Origin: Lama guanicoe
Lineage: Eukaryota
Direction of reading: 5' to 3'
Length of the DNA stretch: 64,000 nucleotides
Assembly: GCA_013239625.1 (NCBI GenBank)
Contig: MU053376.1
Location: 1,450,833 to 1,514,832, forward strand
The notes under the pieces were generated by a model. That model was not told the DNA's origin. It did not search any database and was given only the letters and a program-made list of their open reading frames with translations. Shown here one piece after another: positions 1-13,400 of the stretch. How positions within the stretch are numbered: the stretch's first letter is position 1; each line of letters opens with the position of its first letter. Position numbers and translations under genes: made by a program.

Positions 1-55
1 GGTTCCTAAGTGTAACCACAATGATTGCCTCCATTGTTACCAAATAGCAGCAGCT

Positions 56-690
56 GGCATTTAGCAAGCTCCTTTCCCTTGCAGCTGCTGGGCTCAGAGC
101 TTTACCTACATCAGCTCGTTTAATCCTCATAATGATGTGAGGTAGGTACTGTTACCCTCATTGTACAGAGGAGGAAGCTGAAGCACAGGGAGGTGAAGTA
201 ACTTGTGCAAGAGGAAATGGGATTCAAACCCAGGCAACTGAGTGTTAGAGACAATTTCTTAACTCATACTGACTCCCCAAAGTCCGGGAGACCTTGGCCC
301 CAGAAAAACAAGGTCTATAGTAGAACCCAAGAACAGAGGCCCAGGCTGGGTGATGCTGCCCACCGGGTGACAGGTGTAGATGTAGTGGATGTAGATAATA
401 CTGTCTAACATTTACTGAGCGCTTGCTCCCTATCAGTCACACAATCCAGTGCTCTATACGCATGATTTAATAAAGCTATGGGGTTTTTAAATACATATAT
501 ATAAATACATATTTATACTCATTACATTTATTATTTAATAAATAACAAAGCTACAGAGTAGGCAGTATCATTACTATTATCATCCCCAATTTGCAGCCAG
601 GGATACTGAGACTCAAAAGAGATCATCCCACAGCTAGTGGAGCAGCCAGGATTTTCCGACAGTCTGGGTTGTTATCCTTAATGTTGTATT
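56..690 (-). mobile_element. Two MIR fragments
   Basis: ttaatcctcataat...aggtaggtactgttaccctcattgtacagaggaggaagctgaagcacag; ttatcatccccaatttgcagccagggatactgagactca. Confidence 0.7.
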
Positions 691-2109
691 ACCAGGCTCT
701 AATGGTCCAGATGATAGTGCTTAATTTCACTTTCAGAGTCCTCAGAGCATCCTGCCTCTCTGCCTTTTGTCTCCAGAGCCCTACCCAGACTGAGAGAGGG
801 GACTCCACACCATCCTTCCCCCACCCTGGCCTGGAAGGACCTCAGTGGGCCACCAAGGATCACTGTCCAGCTCCTTTTCCTCCTCCTCCGGGATACGGCA
901 GCAGTCAGGAGGGGCCAGGGAGTTCACCACACACTCCATGAGTACATAGAAAAACTACCCCCTCACACACACACACCTCCACTAAGGTGGGGCCTGAATG
1001 TCCACATCTGTACATGCATCCACAATTGTATTTTTATCTTCAGTCTCATCCTGCTGACTCAAGCTCCATTTTTCTGAGCACTTTTAGAATAACAGTCCAG
1101 GCTCCAGGCAAGCCTAAGGGGAGGAGATAAGGGAGGAATGAGAGGATGGGGCCCATCCAACAGAAGGACTTGTGACCTCAAATAACGTTGCAACCAAACC
1201 CTAGGAGAAGTTGCTCTATTGGTTTTCTCAGGCTTCCCATCAGCCTACACTTCCTGGCCCTGCCCTCCCCTCTCCCCTATGCCTGCCTGCTCCCCAGGTC
1301 TTGGGCAGGTGAGTCCACACCAAGGCTGCCCTACTCTGAAGTACTAAGTGCATCAGGAAAGGCATCCAGAAACCCGCAGGGCCTCACTCTGCACCCCTGA
1401 TCAGTGCTTCCAGGAGCCCAGCAAGGGTCACTCTGGGCCCTGGGCCACGGGCTGTGCCCAGCTGCAGACTCCAGGGCAGCAGGACAGCAACTGGGCTATT
1501 CTTAGTCCCAGCTCCACTGAAATCGGGTTTGTGTAACAGCTGAAGGGCAAGTCCTAACCAGGTACCCACCATGCCAAACCACTCCCTACCCTCAACTCTG
1601 GCCCCTTGGGAAAAGCAAAAAGCAGGGAGGTATGACCCCAGGGAGGGGGAGGAGGAAGCTGAGCGGGTCAAGAGTGTCAGTCACTCTTGGAAAATGGAAG
1701 CTGATTCACAGGGATCAAGGGTAAGAGTAGCTCCCAGGGCGGCAGCGCCTGGGGGAAACGGAGACTATGGGAAGGGCTGACCCTCACTCAGGAGGAACCC
1801 TGCACGTCCCTGGTGCCTTCTCCAGCACACCTGCAGTGCCCAAGCCCAGAGCCCAGCGAACCTGTAGCCGATGCCCTGGTACCACCTCATCACACCTGTT
1901 CCCTGATCTCAAGATTCTGCCATCCCTACCTGAGCCCGGGAGGCGAGGAGAACGGTTGCCTTTTTCCTCCTCCCCTGAGGGATAACGGAGGTTGAGGACG
2001 GGGCACACACTCCTGCCTAACTCTGCCCAGAGCTTAGTCCCAAGACTAACATCCGAAAGGGCTCAGCCAACTTTCTCTCCTTAATAACACCTCACTCTTT
2101 CCCAAGCAA

Positions 2110-3100
2110 GTGGGCCCGCGCCCGAGGACCCCTCGGGGTCGCGGCCGCCGGCCCCTTTCCCGGCTCCCCCAAGTCCCGGACTGTGCGCGCCGCGGTGACT
2201 CATCCTGCCCCTTTCCGGTGAAGCCGAGACAAGGGAAGAAAATAAACGCAACTTTCCAAAGAAAACTCTCACGCGGGAGGCGGCAACAGGAGCGAGCGAC
2301 CGGTGCGCCCGCCGTCCGCCCGGCCCGGGGCTCCAGGGAGGGGCCGCACCCCGCCCACCCCGCCTCCCGGCCGGAGACGCGGGGAACCCGACGCTTCCAG
2401 TCCCGCCCGCCTCTGCGGAAGAAAGCGCGGCTCCGCGAGGACCCGAGCGGGCGCCCGGCGCCCCGCAGCCCCGCCACCTCCCCGGGGACTCGTGGGGCCG
2501 GACGCGCGGGCCCGGGACGGCCACGGCGGGGCCCCCTCCTGCGGGGCGCAAAACACGCGACACCGCGGAGCCTGGCGGCGCAGCGCCCCTCCCCTTCCCG
2601 CGCCCGGACCCCGTCCTCGCGGAGAAGAGCGGGCGCGCCCCTACCTGGCCGAGGCGTGCGGCTGTCACCCGGGGCCGGCGCGTGCGAGCTGGTCCCCCTC
2701 GCCTCCCCCCACGCGCGCCAGCCGGCGGCTTTTAAATCTCCAGGTTACTCCGCGGGGGGAGAGAGCATGCGCGCTGGGGCGGCCAGGCGGGGGCGGGGCG
2801 AGGCGGGACGGAGGTCGGGGGTGTTGGGAGGGGGTATGGAGGGGTGGGGCTGGTACCCAAGGGAGGGAAAGCCGGAGGTCTCGGAGCTGTCTTTGTAGCC
2901 GCGACCGCGACGGGCAGCCCCCGCGTGGCTCCCAGACTGCCCTGTCATTACCTAGGGCAGTGCACCGCCCCCTCGCCCTCGCCACCAAAACAGTTAGGTG
3001 AAAGCTGCCCAGCTCCGCGGGGCGCCTCCCCTCCCCGGAGCCAGTGTGCGACCATTACCCGCACGTGCTATTCTGGCCGTTCCCCTGCCCCCGGGTAGAG
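2110..3100 (-). promoter_or_regulatory. SLC45A3: SLC45A3 CpG-island promoter
   Basis: Very high GC and CpG density; tandem GC boxes (ggggcggggc ~2789-2800); TATA-like TTTAAAA at 2730-2736; G-run cluster at 2817-2849. Confidence 0.88.
2645..2746 (-). other. SLC45A3: SLC45A3 (prostein) non-coding exon 1
   Basis: Reverse complement AACCTGGAGATTTAAAAGCCGCCGGCTGGCGCGCGTGGGGGG...GGTGACAGCCGCACGCCTCGGCCAG|gtag closely matches the human SLC45A3 mRNA 5' end as I recall it. Position downstream of NUCKS1 on the same strand fits synteny. The 5' boundary is uncertain: TTTAAAA at 2730-2736 may be a TATA box, which would put the TSS near 2705. Coding exons lie left of the window. Confidence 0.88.
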
Positions 3101-4621
3101 CTGCACCCCACCCACTCAGCGCCAGCCCTTGAAAGGAGATGTCACATTCTCCCCAGTTACTCTTCTACTGTTTGCTTTTCTCTGAGGCAGAAAGAGCTTC
3201 CTGATAGCTAACTCAATCCCTCTTCCTGAAGTTAAAAGCCAAATTTCAATGTTTTCTTCCTCGCTAAGGGTGTGTATGGGGAAGGGGGGGGTGATATGAT
3301 ACGTTAACAGTAAAATTTTCCCTCTGTCAGCTGTTGAGCAAGTTCCCAAAAAATACCTGTTTCCAGCATGCCTTTGAGAAGAGTGGAACAATACAGGTGG
3401 AAGAGAACTGGAGGCCTAGGACCACGGCTTTGAGGGTGTGGCCCAGTTTGGACTCTCTTCTTCCATGAGTTTTATTAGGGTGGAGAGAACTCCAGTTTAT
3501 GTGGATCATTGACTTGAATACTACAAAGTCGCAGGAGGATGGTTTGAAGGGGAGGACCTAATTGGCTGTAGCCGAGGACCAGGCCTTGGGGCACTGGGGC
3601 ACTGGGGCACTGGACTCCCGTGCTGGCCTGGCCACCAACCAGGTGTGATGTGGAGCAAGTCCTTTCCATATTCTGGGCCCCTGTAGGAAGAAGGAGTTGG
3701 CGAGATGATTTCTAAGGGCACCTCCAACTGGAGGCAGAGAAGAAAGGGAACTCGAGAAAGGAGAGAAGAACAGCAGAGCCCTGGTGGCCATGGGGAAGAC
3801 AGAGTGCAGTGCGTTCAGGAGGGAACAGAGGGAGAAAAACCAAGAATCTACCTTCTGGGCCACTGAGGAAGTTTAACTGGAAAATGGTCTCAGCATTGCC
3901 TCCCTGGGAGCACTCACCCCCTCCCCCAGCAGGTGACCCTCCAGCGCCCCAGTGGAAGCCTTTGGCACACTCGTTTTGTGGCTAGCAGAGAGACTCCAAT
4001 GGAGTCCTGGATCCATGTGCTGGTGTCCCCTCTGACCCAGAAAAGAGGGCAGAAGTCAGGGGGAATTCCAGGTCAGCTGGAAAATTACTGAGCCAGGAGA
4101 GTGGTTGGTGGTATTTTCCAGACTTAGTGAAGGAGCACAGGGAGCAGGAGGGAGTTGTCCCACCTCAGAGAAGCAGGAGCCCCCTCTTCCCAGCGGAGGC
4201 ATTGCCAGGGCCCAACAGGCCTCATGCCTTGTGGCATGAGGAAGGAGGAGGGCTCGGGAGACTGAGCAGGCAGCACGGTGTAAGATCCTGGGCCCCACCC
4301 AGTGGTCCGGCCACCTGAATAAGTGCCGGGTCACCCCTCCCCAAGGCAGGTGCCAGCCACTTCTTTACCAAGCTGACAAATGTGCTCTCCAGGCCCGGCA
4401 CAACACAGGGTGATGTAAGGCCCTGTGTTGTGAGAAATGTTCCCTCCCCTTTTTCTGCTGGGGTAGCCTCCTGTAATAATAGCTAACTTTTCCTGATTGC
4501 GCTAGGCACTGTTCTAAATGCATTCCATGCATTAATTCATTCATTCAATCTTTACAACAACTCAGGAGATGGGTACCATTTTCAGATAAAGAAACTGAGG
4601 CAATCCCTCAGTCCAATTAGA

Positions 4622-4671
4622 ACTACTATTACTACTACTACAACACACACACACAAACACGCATGCACACA

Positions 4672-4703
<32 letters not shown>
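4622..4703. repeat. (CTA)n plus interrupted (CA)n microsatellite
   Basis: Read directly from the sequence. Confidence 0.9.
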
Positions 4704-4705
<2 letters not shown>

Positions 4706-5339
4706 CTCTAAGCCCCAGAAGCAAGACAGAGGCAGCAATCCCTCATCTATCCTTGCCAGTGACTTCCAAGCCTTAATGAAAGTCCTAACACCCATACTAC
4801 TCCCCATGAAGACGCTGGGTCGTTCTGGACAACAGCTCCTCTGGGCTTCAGTTCCCCACTAAATCAGCTGTAGGAAAATCACCTTCCTCCCTTCTCCCGC
4901 CCCCATCATAAACACACACACACACACCCCCTACTCCCTAGCTACTTCCCATTTATAGGAAATGGGGGATGACGTGAGGAGCAAGGCCATCCTTGGGGAA
5001 CTGCTAATAGTCTGGCTGGATATTGGAGAAACCAAAGATGCTGGCAAAAATGCATTAGCAGCTTCTGCTCCACCCCCACCCACAGCCCCTTCCCATTATC
5101 CTTGGGCTCAGAGCAAGCACTGTTCTCTTTCTACAAAGATGCAAAAATCCAGCTGGGCTGGTTAGCCTAGAAGAATGCTGAAAAGCCATGAAGAACCTGG
5201 AGTTCCCTTGATGTTTCCATCTCTCTTGCCATCTCCCAAAGGCTATGATTCCCTTTGAAGTTTCTTTGCTTCTTCCCCTGCCTGCCTCAGGATGACGGAT
5301 GAATGGTCTCTGTAAGCATAAATGTGACCAACAGGTCCA

Positions 5340-6090
5340 AATCCTGACTATGAACCTTGAAGGGAGAGGGATGTGTCCATGGACACAGCAATTCCATTTC
5401 TGGGATTTCTCTTGTGCCAAAATAACCAGAGATATGTATTTTGAAGCATGTACAAGATGTTCATCTCATCATTCTTTATAATAGTAAAAAATTAGAAACA
5501 ATTTAAATGTAGAATAATAAGCTATTGGCTAAGCAAATTATGCCAAATCCATGTAACGGAACATTATGCTGCCATTAAAAATGGTTAATAACATAGAATT
5601 TTAATAGACTGGGGAAATATTCATAATATAGTCCCAGCGAAAATAGCTGGCTACAAAACAGTGTGTGCACAGTAGGATATACATTTTTTAAAACTTAGGT
5701 ACATACCAATGCAATGTTAATATCCTGGATTGGATATTGGTACAGAAAAGAGAGATTAATGGGAGAAACTGGTGGAATCTGAATAAAGTCTGCAATTTAG
5801 CGACTAGTCCTCCACCAGTATTTGTTTCTCAGTTTTGATTATTGTACTATGGTTATGTTAACTTTGGGGAAAATTGGCTGAAGGGAAAATAAAATAAAAG
5901 TTTGTTCAATTAGGTGTATATCTATAGAGAAGAAGTGATTTAAAAATTACATACTGGTGAAAAAACCAGTGAATACTGATTTTCAATGAATGGGGAGGAA
6001 GAATAATTTTGATGGCAGGGGCTGGGGAGGGGGCAGGGAAACTTCTGTGTCTCCAAGTCTATATGAATCATAAATTGCTTCTGGAAATAG
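5340..6090 (+). mobile_element. Old L1M fragments (L1ME/MC-like)
   Basis: cagcaattccatttctgggattt...aagatgttcat...ttagaaacaatttaaatgt; tcctggattggatattggtacagaaaag. Confidence 0.7.
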
Positions 6091-6116
6091 AAAGAAAAGA
6101 ACGAATAAATATTATT

Positions 6117-6260
6117 GGGGGGAGGGTAAAACTCAGTGGTAGAGTGCATGCTTAGCATGCATGAGGTACTGGGTTCAATCCCCAGTACCTCCATTAAAAA
6201 ATAAATAAATACATACATACATACATACATACATACATACATACATACATACATACATAC
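6117..6260 (+). mobile_element. tRNA-derived camelid SINE (Vic-1-like), short form, with (TACA)n tail
   Basis: GGGGGAGGGTAAAACTCAGTGGTAGAG (A box)...GGTTCAATCCC (B box)...CCTCCA, then an A-rich tail and ~13 TACA units. Confidence 0.85.
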
Positions 6261-8549
6261 CATTTTTAAAAGGGAAGGAATAAAATAAAAGAAAGGAGGA
6301 AGAAAGTGGAATCAGATATCGCCCCTGAGCTCCCCCCAGTGTGGACGCCCACACCCCATTCTGCTCAGAGGGTTTGGGGTTGGGGAAATCAGGGACCATA
6401 GCAGGAAAACCACCCTCAGGGCTTCCTTAACTGAGAGGATTAGAAATGTCTGAATGACGAAATAAGATGGAGCAGTTTGAGAAGGGTGCAGGGATTCTAC
6501 CCCGCACCTGGGCCATATTTCCACCATCACCAAACATCCCGTGAGCACAGAAGAGGAGGAAATTGAAATCAGTGAAAGAAAACGGGAGTGCTTCATCTTC
6601 CCTCTCAAACCTCAAGCTTGGGAATGACCTTAAGTTTGGTGACCTTTAGTTCCTGAGGTCACCCCGTGCTCCCCCACCCCCATTGTCATTGCTAGAAGGT
6701 GGAGCCTTAGAATTGCTGGCCAATACAGCCCCTCACTGTGCAGCTGGGGACAGTCCAATGTGAGTGGCACCCCATGCAGGGAAGTTCTTAAAACAACAAA
6801 CACCTTCAAAAAAAGTGTACTTTTTAAAGGAAACTTCCTTCTGACTGTGAAAAACAGAAATCCTACTACAAAGAGAACTTTCTTCTGGATTTACATTTCC
6901 TTCTGGGTCTTCCCTCCTCTCCAGCCCTACCCAGATCCATGGGGAATCAGGAGAGAGACCAAAGCTTCTTCCAGAGCAGAGATCCAGCTGAGCAGAGCAC
7001 GGAGGTGGGGAAATGCCGAGCCCAGCCCTTCTGTGGAAAGGTGTTGGCTTTTCGGCAGGCAGGCAGCAAAGTCAATGTCAAAAGGGAATGGCTTCAGAGC
7101 GCCAGCCTAGACCGGAGGAGAGTGTCACGGGGAGCCAGATCACTCAGCTGAGTTCACCAAGGGGCAGGACCCAAGCAGCTTTAAGCAGATTAAGCATGGC
7201 AGGGACATTGGCAGGGCTTTGAGGCACCAGGTATGGTGTGGACCTGGATGAGCACACTGGTTCTTTCCAGCTCTAAGAGCCAGTGAAACCCACCCCACTC
7301 TCCTCTCAAAAGCCAGAACTGAGTCACTAAGCCTCTCGCTATTTTAGGGGCATCAGCAGAATGCTCAAGTCAAGGAGTCTAGAACTGAAGCCCCAGCGGC
7401 TTAGTTTTAGAAACCAATGTAACAGGAAGGATCAAAACTGGAACTTGATGGGACTCATTCAGAGGCAAAAAATGGTAATGCCTTTGCCTTAAAGCTTTCG
7501 GGAGTGAGACAGAAAACGTCCCTGTAAGTCTCTTAAGTGGGAAAGACACTGAATTAGCTGGGCTGGGTTCTGAAATGCCTGGAGCAAGGAGGTGAATTCA
7601 TCGCTGTGAATATCCAAGATGCTACTCGGAGCTCAGATGGACTCACTACCAGGGTAGGGTTGGAGAATGGGGAGGGACAGCCAGAGGCGATAGAACTCCG
7701 CCTGCTCCCCACCCCCACGGAGATCTTTCACCAGCTAGTACCTGAGAAGCGCTGGGCCACCGTGTGAGCTCTAGAATCAGACAGGTCCAGTGCCATTTAC
7801 TATGCACCCAGGCACTCATTTCTCATTCAACAAACATTTATTAAGTCACAATTACAAATCAGGCTTGGTGCTAGGGTGTAGTAACTTTATGCCTGCAAGC
7901 ACGTCATTTAACCTCAGAGTCTAGATTTTTATGCAGAAAGTTTGTTGGGAGGAATGCAAGGCTACTGCATAACTAATGTACCTGGAGAATCTCAATGCAT
8001 ATCTGTCCATTCTGTCTTACAGAATCCAAAACGTGATTTAGGATATGCGGATGAACATACCAGGTAGCTTCTCTGCCCTCGTGGAGGTTACAGTCTTCTC
8101 TGTGAACTAGAAAGGGGTGCAAAAATACGATTCAACAATATGTCAGCAAGTGCAAAAATGTCAAGGCTATAAACCAGCTCCAGAGGTCAAACATGATTGG
8201 AGTTCAGTGGAAAAAATCAAGGAAGCGGGGAAGTTCTGAGCTGGGTTTTCGAGGTTGGCATGCTGGTGATGATGAGTGATAATTACTTGTTTCTGTACTA
8301 AACGACTTACAAAGTATTTTTCACATTAGGTTTTGATTCTCACAAGTACTTCTAAGGCAGGCAGGTGCCACCTCTTTTTACGGATGGGGAAACTGAGTCA
8401 AGTACCTTGCCCAGGGTGGCAGAGCTGAAGCAAGTGAGGGCCTGGGGCCCCTGATCTTGGTGGCCTGGAGCCCTGGTTCCCTGCCGGGCAGTAGAAGCCA
8501 GGGCTCAGCACTCACTCACTCAGCGCCAGCCTGGCAGCGATGTGTTCCC

Positions 8550-8571
8550 ACAGCAGCAGCAGCAGCAGCAG
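8550..8571. repeat. (CAG)7 microsatellite
   Basis: cagcagcagcagcagcagcag. Confidence 0.85.
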
Positions 8572-9559
8572 GCCTGGACAGAGCCCAGATCAGGAGGCCG
8601 AGGAGCTCAAAGGGGATTTGGTTGCGGGCTGTGTCTCCACAGTCTTCAGAGTGGGAAAAATGGAGGGGTCAAGTGAGGGGCGAGAGGGCACAAGGGATGA
8701 GGCCCCAAGGTCTCGCTCCCATTCTCCTTGCAGGGCTGACCCTTCAGCTGTGAGGCAGGAATAAAAGGAGTCTGGTGCCCCCACTGGTAGGCGCTCTCGC
8801 ACTCTTTACTCAACCAGAGACAAGAGGACCAAACAAAGGGAAAACATTAGACCTTCTGCAAGAGGGATGGGAGTCAGACCAGAAGAGGGACTTCCCTGGG
8901 CATCTGATGTAAGGTGTAAAGCCTCTAACCTCCCTTCCTTAAGTGTCCCCCAAGCTCTCCAAGCCCAGCGCAGTGCAGTCCAGGGCTCAGGGTGCGATGA
9001 CCTGCCGCGGGCCCCACCTCCCGGGACTGGTGTTGAGGGAGGTTGCAGCTTTTCCTGGGTGGCAGGTTTTCCCCTCCTGGGGGGGGAGGGCCTGAAGGTG
9101 CCAGGAGTTGTGGTTAGTAGGCCAGGGTTGGAGTCACTTTGGCAGGATTTACTGCTGTACCTGGACCTGTGTCTGTGTCTGGGGAGTGAGGGGAGCTGAT
9201 ACCAGTTTAAGTGTCTATAAAGCCATTCTCACGGTCCTGATGCAATGCTCAGGATAATAAGCAAGTGAGTAATTAATAATTAGATTGTGAACTAACCTCT
9301 TGCCTCAGGGTATGGTACCACTTTTGCACAATTCATCCTCAGGCTTGCAGGAGAGAGAGGCACAGGCCTGGTTCAGGGGTCTGGACAGGGCCCCCAGCCC
9401 CCAGACTCTGCAGCTCCAGAGGAACAGAAGGAACTGGTAGGAAGCGCCCCTCTGCTGGGCTCCAAGGCCAGGAAATGGAGGGAGAATGAGCCACAAAACC
9501 TATAGCCTGGATTTTGTTTGGTTTTTCTTTTCTTTAATTAATTACTTTCAGAGTCCCGC

Positions 9560-9685
9560 CCAGGGCTGCCATGTACAGTTGTACATGTTATCCACTCCAC
9601 AAGCACAACTAGACAAGGGTCATGGCTGCATCTACCTTTTTCTAATTTGCATAAAAGCACTTTATGGGCTGGCAGTAGCCCTGGT
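9560..9685. mobile_element. MER91-like hAT-Tip100 MITE
   Basis: Ends cagggctgcc ... ggcagtagccctg are imperfect TIRs; internal atgtacagttgtaca. Confidence 0.55.
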
Positions 9686-9786
9686 ACCTGTGATGGACCA
9701 AGCACTGCTTGACGCTGAGGATTACTTCCTGTCTCTCCCTCCTATCACTCCAGTTCACTCTTCTCTTCCCATCCCATTTTAATCTT

Positions 9787-9870
9787 TTTTTAAAAAAACT
9801 TTATTGTTTGTTGAAGTGTAGATAGATGATTTACCATGTTCGTTTCAGGTGTATAGCAAAGTGATTCAGT
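9787..9870 (-). mobile_element. Short L1 3' end with TSD
   Basis: T tract followed by ...ttcaggtgtatagcaaagtgattcag; TSD tcccattttaa(t/c)ctt at 9772-9786 and 9871-9885. Confidence 0.75.
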
Positions 9871-12101
9871 TCCCATTTTAACCTTATACCCACATTCAGA
9901 ATAGACCCTCTGGAGACTTGGTGGGGTACACAGATCGCGGACTCTGGAGTTAGACAGACTAGGGCTTGCTGGCCTCACTAGCAGTAAACTTGGGGCAAAT
10001 GACTTAGCTTTGTGAGCCTAGGTTGCGCCCTGTAAGTGGGGCTGTGTGAGAATGAGAGGGCACTTAGTTTAGTGCTTGACACAAAAGCAGGAAATAATTA
10101 ACAGCCCTGGTCCCTTTCGCCTCCATCCTCTGCCTCCTACCCCGGGCTCAGAGCCACAGCCCAGTTCTGTCCCCATCGCCCTGCCAGTCTTCCCCACGCC
10201 CCATTCCATGGCTGCGGCAGTCCTTGTAGGCAAATGGCACTGTGTTCAAAGCACCTGCACAAGCACCTCCCGTGTGCTCCTCACCAATCTGAGCAGGGGA
10301 CAGGAAGGTGTCAGTTCTGCGTTTTATAGGACGAGGACACAGCCCTGGAGAAGTGGCTTACCAGGGGTTCGGTGGCTGCAGAGTGCCAGGATGGGCTGGA
10401 ACCCAAGGCCCACACACCTTTTGTGCTGAGCTCCCCAGCGGTCACACTGCAGGTTTCTAGAACATTACTAACACCTTCCCAGAATAAAGGAGGGGAGAGG
10501 TGGGTGCTGCCTGAAATCCACACATTCAAAACCTCTCCTTACCCTCCCAGCCCTGAGTAGATGGGCAGCAGAGCCAAGGGCCAGGAGCAAATGTCACACT
10601 AGCCTTGGCAGGAAGTGGACCAGTATCTCCATCTAACTGCCGGGGCTGCCACAGGAAGGCTGGGCCCGACCAGAGAGATGCTGAGACCAGACCACAAGCA
10701 GGGGCCTGAGTGTGATGTGAGTCTGAGATAGCATCTCCAAGGCCTCCCAGCTCTGGGACAGGCCCTCCTCCCCTCACTGATCGAGGCCTCCAGCCCCTCT
10801 GACTCTGCCCAGGGCACGCTATGCTTAGGTTATTTCAAAGTCACTCAGCCACTCGGAGCCCATCTCGCCGTTAGGGCAGTGGGTAGGCTCACTCTGTCTG
10901 TTGGGTGATGTGGGCACAAAGGCCACAGCTTGTTCCTGTGAACATTCCTTCCTGGGCTGTATGGTTTTCAAGGTGGTTTCATGTGCAGCGTGTCATTTGG
11001 TTCTCATGATGATCTCGGGAGACAGGTGTTATTAAAGGGTGGAAACATAAACTTAGAGAAGTAGAAAGTGACTTGCTAGGGCCACACAGCCATCCATGCC
11101 GGAGCCCGGCCTGACCTCTGGTCCTCTGGCCATGTCTGCTTCTAAGGAAGATGAGTCCCAGGGACGCAGGCTGCTCGGTGCTGGGATGTGAACACAGGGA
11201 GACAGAACAGAGCTGTCTCTGCTCTTGAGATGTCTGGTAGAATAGGCCTTTTCCTCCTTAGAGGGAGCATGGCAGTGGTGGGGGCTTGGCCCTGGCCCTT
11301 GTGAGCCCCCAGGGATGGCGGAGGAAGGACGAGGGCTCCCCGGGCCCTCCCTGCCTGATCCCTCCTGCTCTTGGCTTCCTGTTCACCCCGGCAGCCTGGT
11401 TTTTCCCAAGCCTGAGCCTTCGTGTTTGCCTTTTGCCTCTGGTCCTTCCCTCCACAGCCGTGAATGTGCACACAGAGCCCACCTCCAAGGCCACACAGCA
11501 GCCTCTGCCATCTCGCAGCTCCATCAGCCCTGAGCCTCTGCCATGAAAGGGGAGCCTCCCGAGGTGATTATACGCTCTGAGGAGAGAGAGGCCTGTCATT
11601 AAGAGCAGGCTTTCCACATCCTCTAAGCAGCTAGCTCTCCTGTTTTTTCTCCCAAGGAGAATCCACCAGGGCTCTCGCAGGCTGCCTTCTCTACGGGGAC
11701 CTGCCTTGTGTATGTGGAACAGCTTCTGGGAGGAGAGAGGGTGCCTAGGGCTCCTCCCTGGGGTGGGCCGCCCTTGTCTTTGAGAGCTGCCATCCCAGAG
11801 GTTAAGGTACCTTAACCACCCCCCTTCCACCTTCTAGGAAAAAGAAAAAAAATAAACAGGTAAGAGGAGCTGGAGCAATGGGCTCTGTTTGGGCACCGCT
11901 CTGGGGGTCCTTCTCCAAAAGGCTTCCAGGTGTGCAGCTCCCGGTATTGTCTCTCCGGACTCCGGGAGGTCAGCACTGCCTCCGTGGCCGAGGCTGAGAA
12001 GCAGCAGGGAGCCCTGACAGAAGAGCGGTCCCCAGAGGCCACACTGTCCCTCTTCTCACAGCCAGGCAGCCCCTCAGAAAAGCCCTTTCACTTTTTAGAA
12101 T

Positions 12102-12400
12102 CAGCCAGGGATCCACACACATTTTCTCTAAAGGGCCAAGTGGTAAATATCTTAGGGACCATCCAGTGGTCTCTGTCACAACTCAGCTCTGCCCTTGTAA
12201 CACAAAAGCAGCCACAGACAACACGTAAACCAATGGGTATGGCTGTGTCCTAATAAGTTTTATTTATGGACGCTGAAATTGGAATTTTTCATACAATTTC
12301 CGTGTGTCAGGAAATACTCTTCTTCTTTTGATTTGTTTTTCCAGTCACTTACAAATAGAAAAACCCTTCGTTGTTCATGGACCAATATCAAAAGCAGCCG
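12102..12400. mobile_element. hAT-Charlie DNA transposon relic (MER58B-like)
   Basis: ttttctctaaagggccaagtggtaaatat...ctcagctctgcccttgtaacacaaaagcagccacagacaa...ggctgtgtcctaataag. Confidence 0.75.
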
Positions 12401-12562
12401 TGGTTGTTTTCTGTTTGTCCCTCCACTAGAGTTGTCCTGTGGTGTCAGCTGCCTTAATAAAAAGAATGATAAAGTTGATTAAAGAAGTGAAGGGTTAGTG
12501 TGTCAGAGCATCTAGGCTCTATTCTACTATCTTTGGATAATAATGTGGATTGATTTATTTTT

Positions 12563-12696
12563 GAGGGGGAAAGGTAATTAGGTTTTTGTCTATTTTATTA
12601 TTATTATTTTTATTATTAACAGAGGCACTGGGGATTGAACCCAGGACCTCGTGCATGCTAAGCACGCGCTCCACCACCGAGCTATATCCCTCCCCC
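12563..12696 (-). mobile_element. Vic-1-like SINE, long form
   Basis: Reverse complement of the same consensus; TSD gatttattttt at 12552-12562 and 12701-12711. Confidence 0.85.
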
Positions 12697-12899
12697 GCTG
12701 GATTTATTTTTAAACCAGTGCTTATTCCATATCAATTTTGTGCTTTCACATAATTCTCTCATCTTCACAGCAATCTTATGCAGCCAAGTGGTAGCACTTC
12801 TGTTTTACAGATGAGGAAAATTAAATGCAAAGAGGTAAAGCAACTTGTCTGGGGCTGCACAGGCAATATATGGGCCATTGCCAGCCCACCTGCAACCTC

Positions 12900-13400
12900 A
12901 GGAGATTCATCTGTCATCCAGTACAATATTAGTTAAGCCCCTTCTAGATGCTGGGTTCACACGGGTAGGTAGGACAGGCAAGGTCCCCATACCCTGAAGT
13001 ATACTTTTCAGTAGGGAAACCACACAGACTTATAGCTAAATAACTTCCGATGAGTTAGAAGACTTAGGGGGAAGATTTGGGGAGGGAAGTCAAGGAAGAG
13101 AGGACTCTCTGAGGAGATGACATCTGAGCTGGATCTGGAAAATTAAGGAGGAGCCCACTTAGGAAGATCTGAGAGGAATGGATGAGGAAAATGGAACAGC
13201 AAATGCAAAGGCCCTGAGGCAGGTGAGTGCCAGGAATGGAAAGAGAGCCAGAGCAAGGAAAGGAGGCAGAGATGGGGTTGGATAAGTGAGCAGCAACGAG
13301 ACTGTGTGGATTTCATTCTTGTGCAACAGGAGGACACTAGACGGAGTCCAGTGTCATGATCTAATTTATGTGTTTAAAGAGCATCTTGGTATGAGGCATG
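12900..13400 (-). mobile_element. L2 fragment
   Basis: ctctctgaggagatgacatctgagctg...ggaacagcaaatgcaaaggccctgaggcagg. Confidence 0.75.

Noticed and set aside
2046..3098. Overlapping long ORFs (up to 262 aa) on both strands
   Set aside because: Low-complexity R/P/G/A translations typical of a stop-poor CpG island; no recognisable domain; the region is the SLC45A3 promoter and non-coding exon.
3587..3612. (GGGGCACT)x3 short tandem repeat
   Set aside because: Ordinary micro-duplication with no other supporting signal.
9442..9460. CTCF-like motifs at ~9445, ~3945 and ~48350
   Set aside because: Each needs an indel in the core spacing to fit the consensus.
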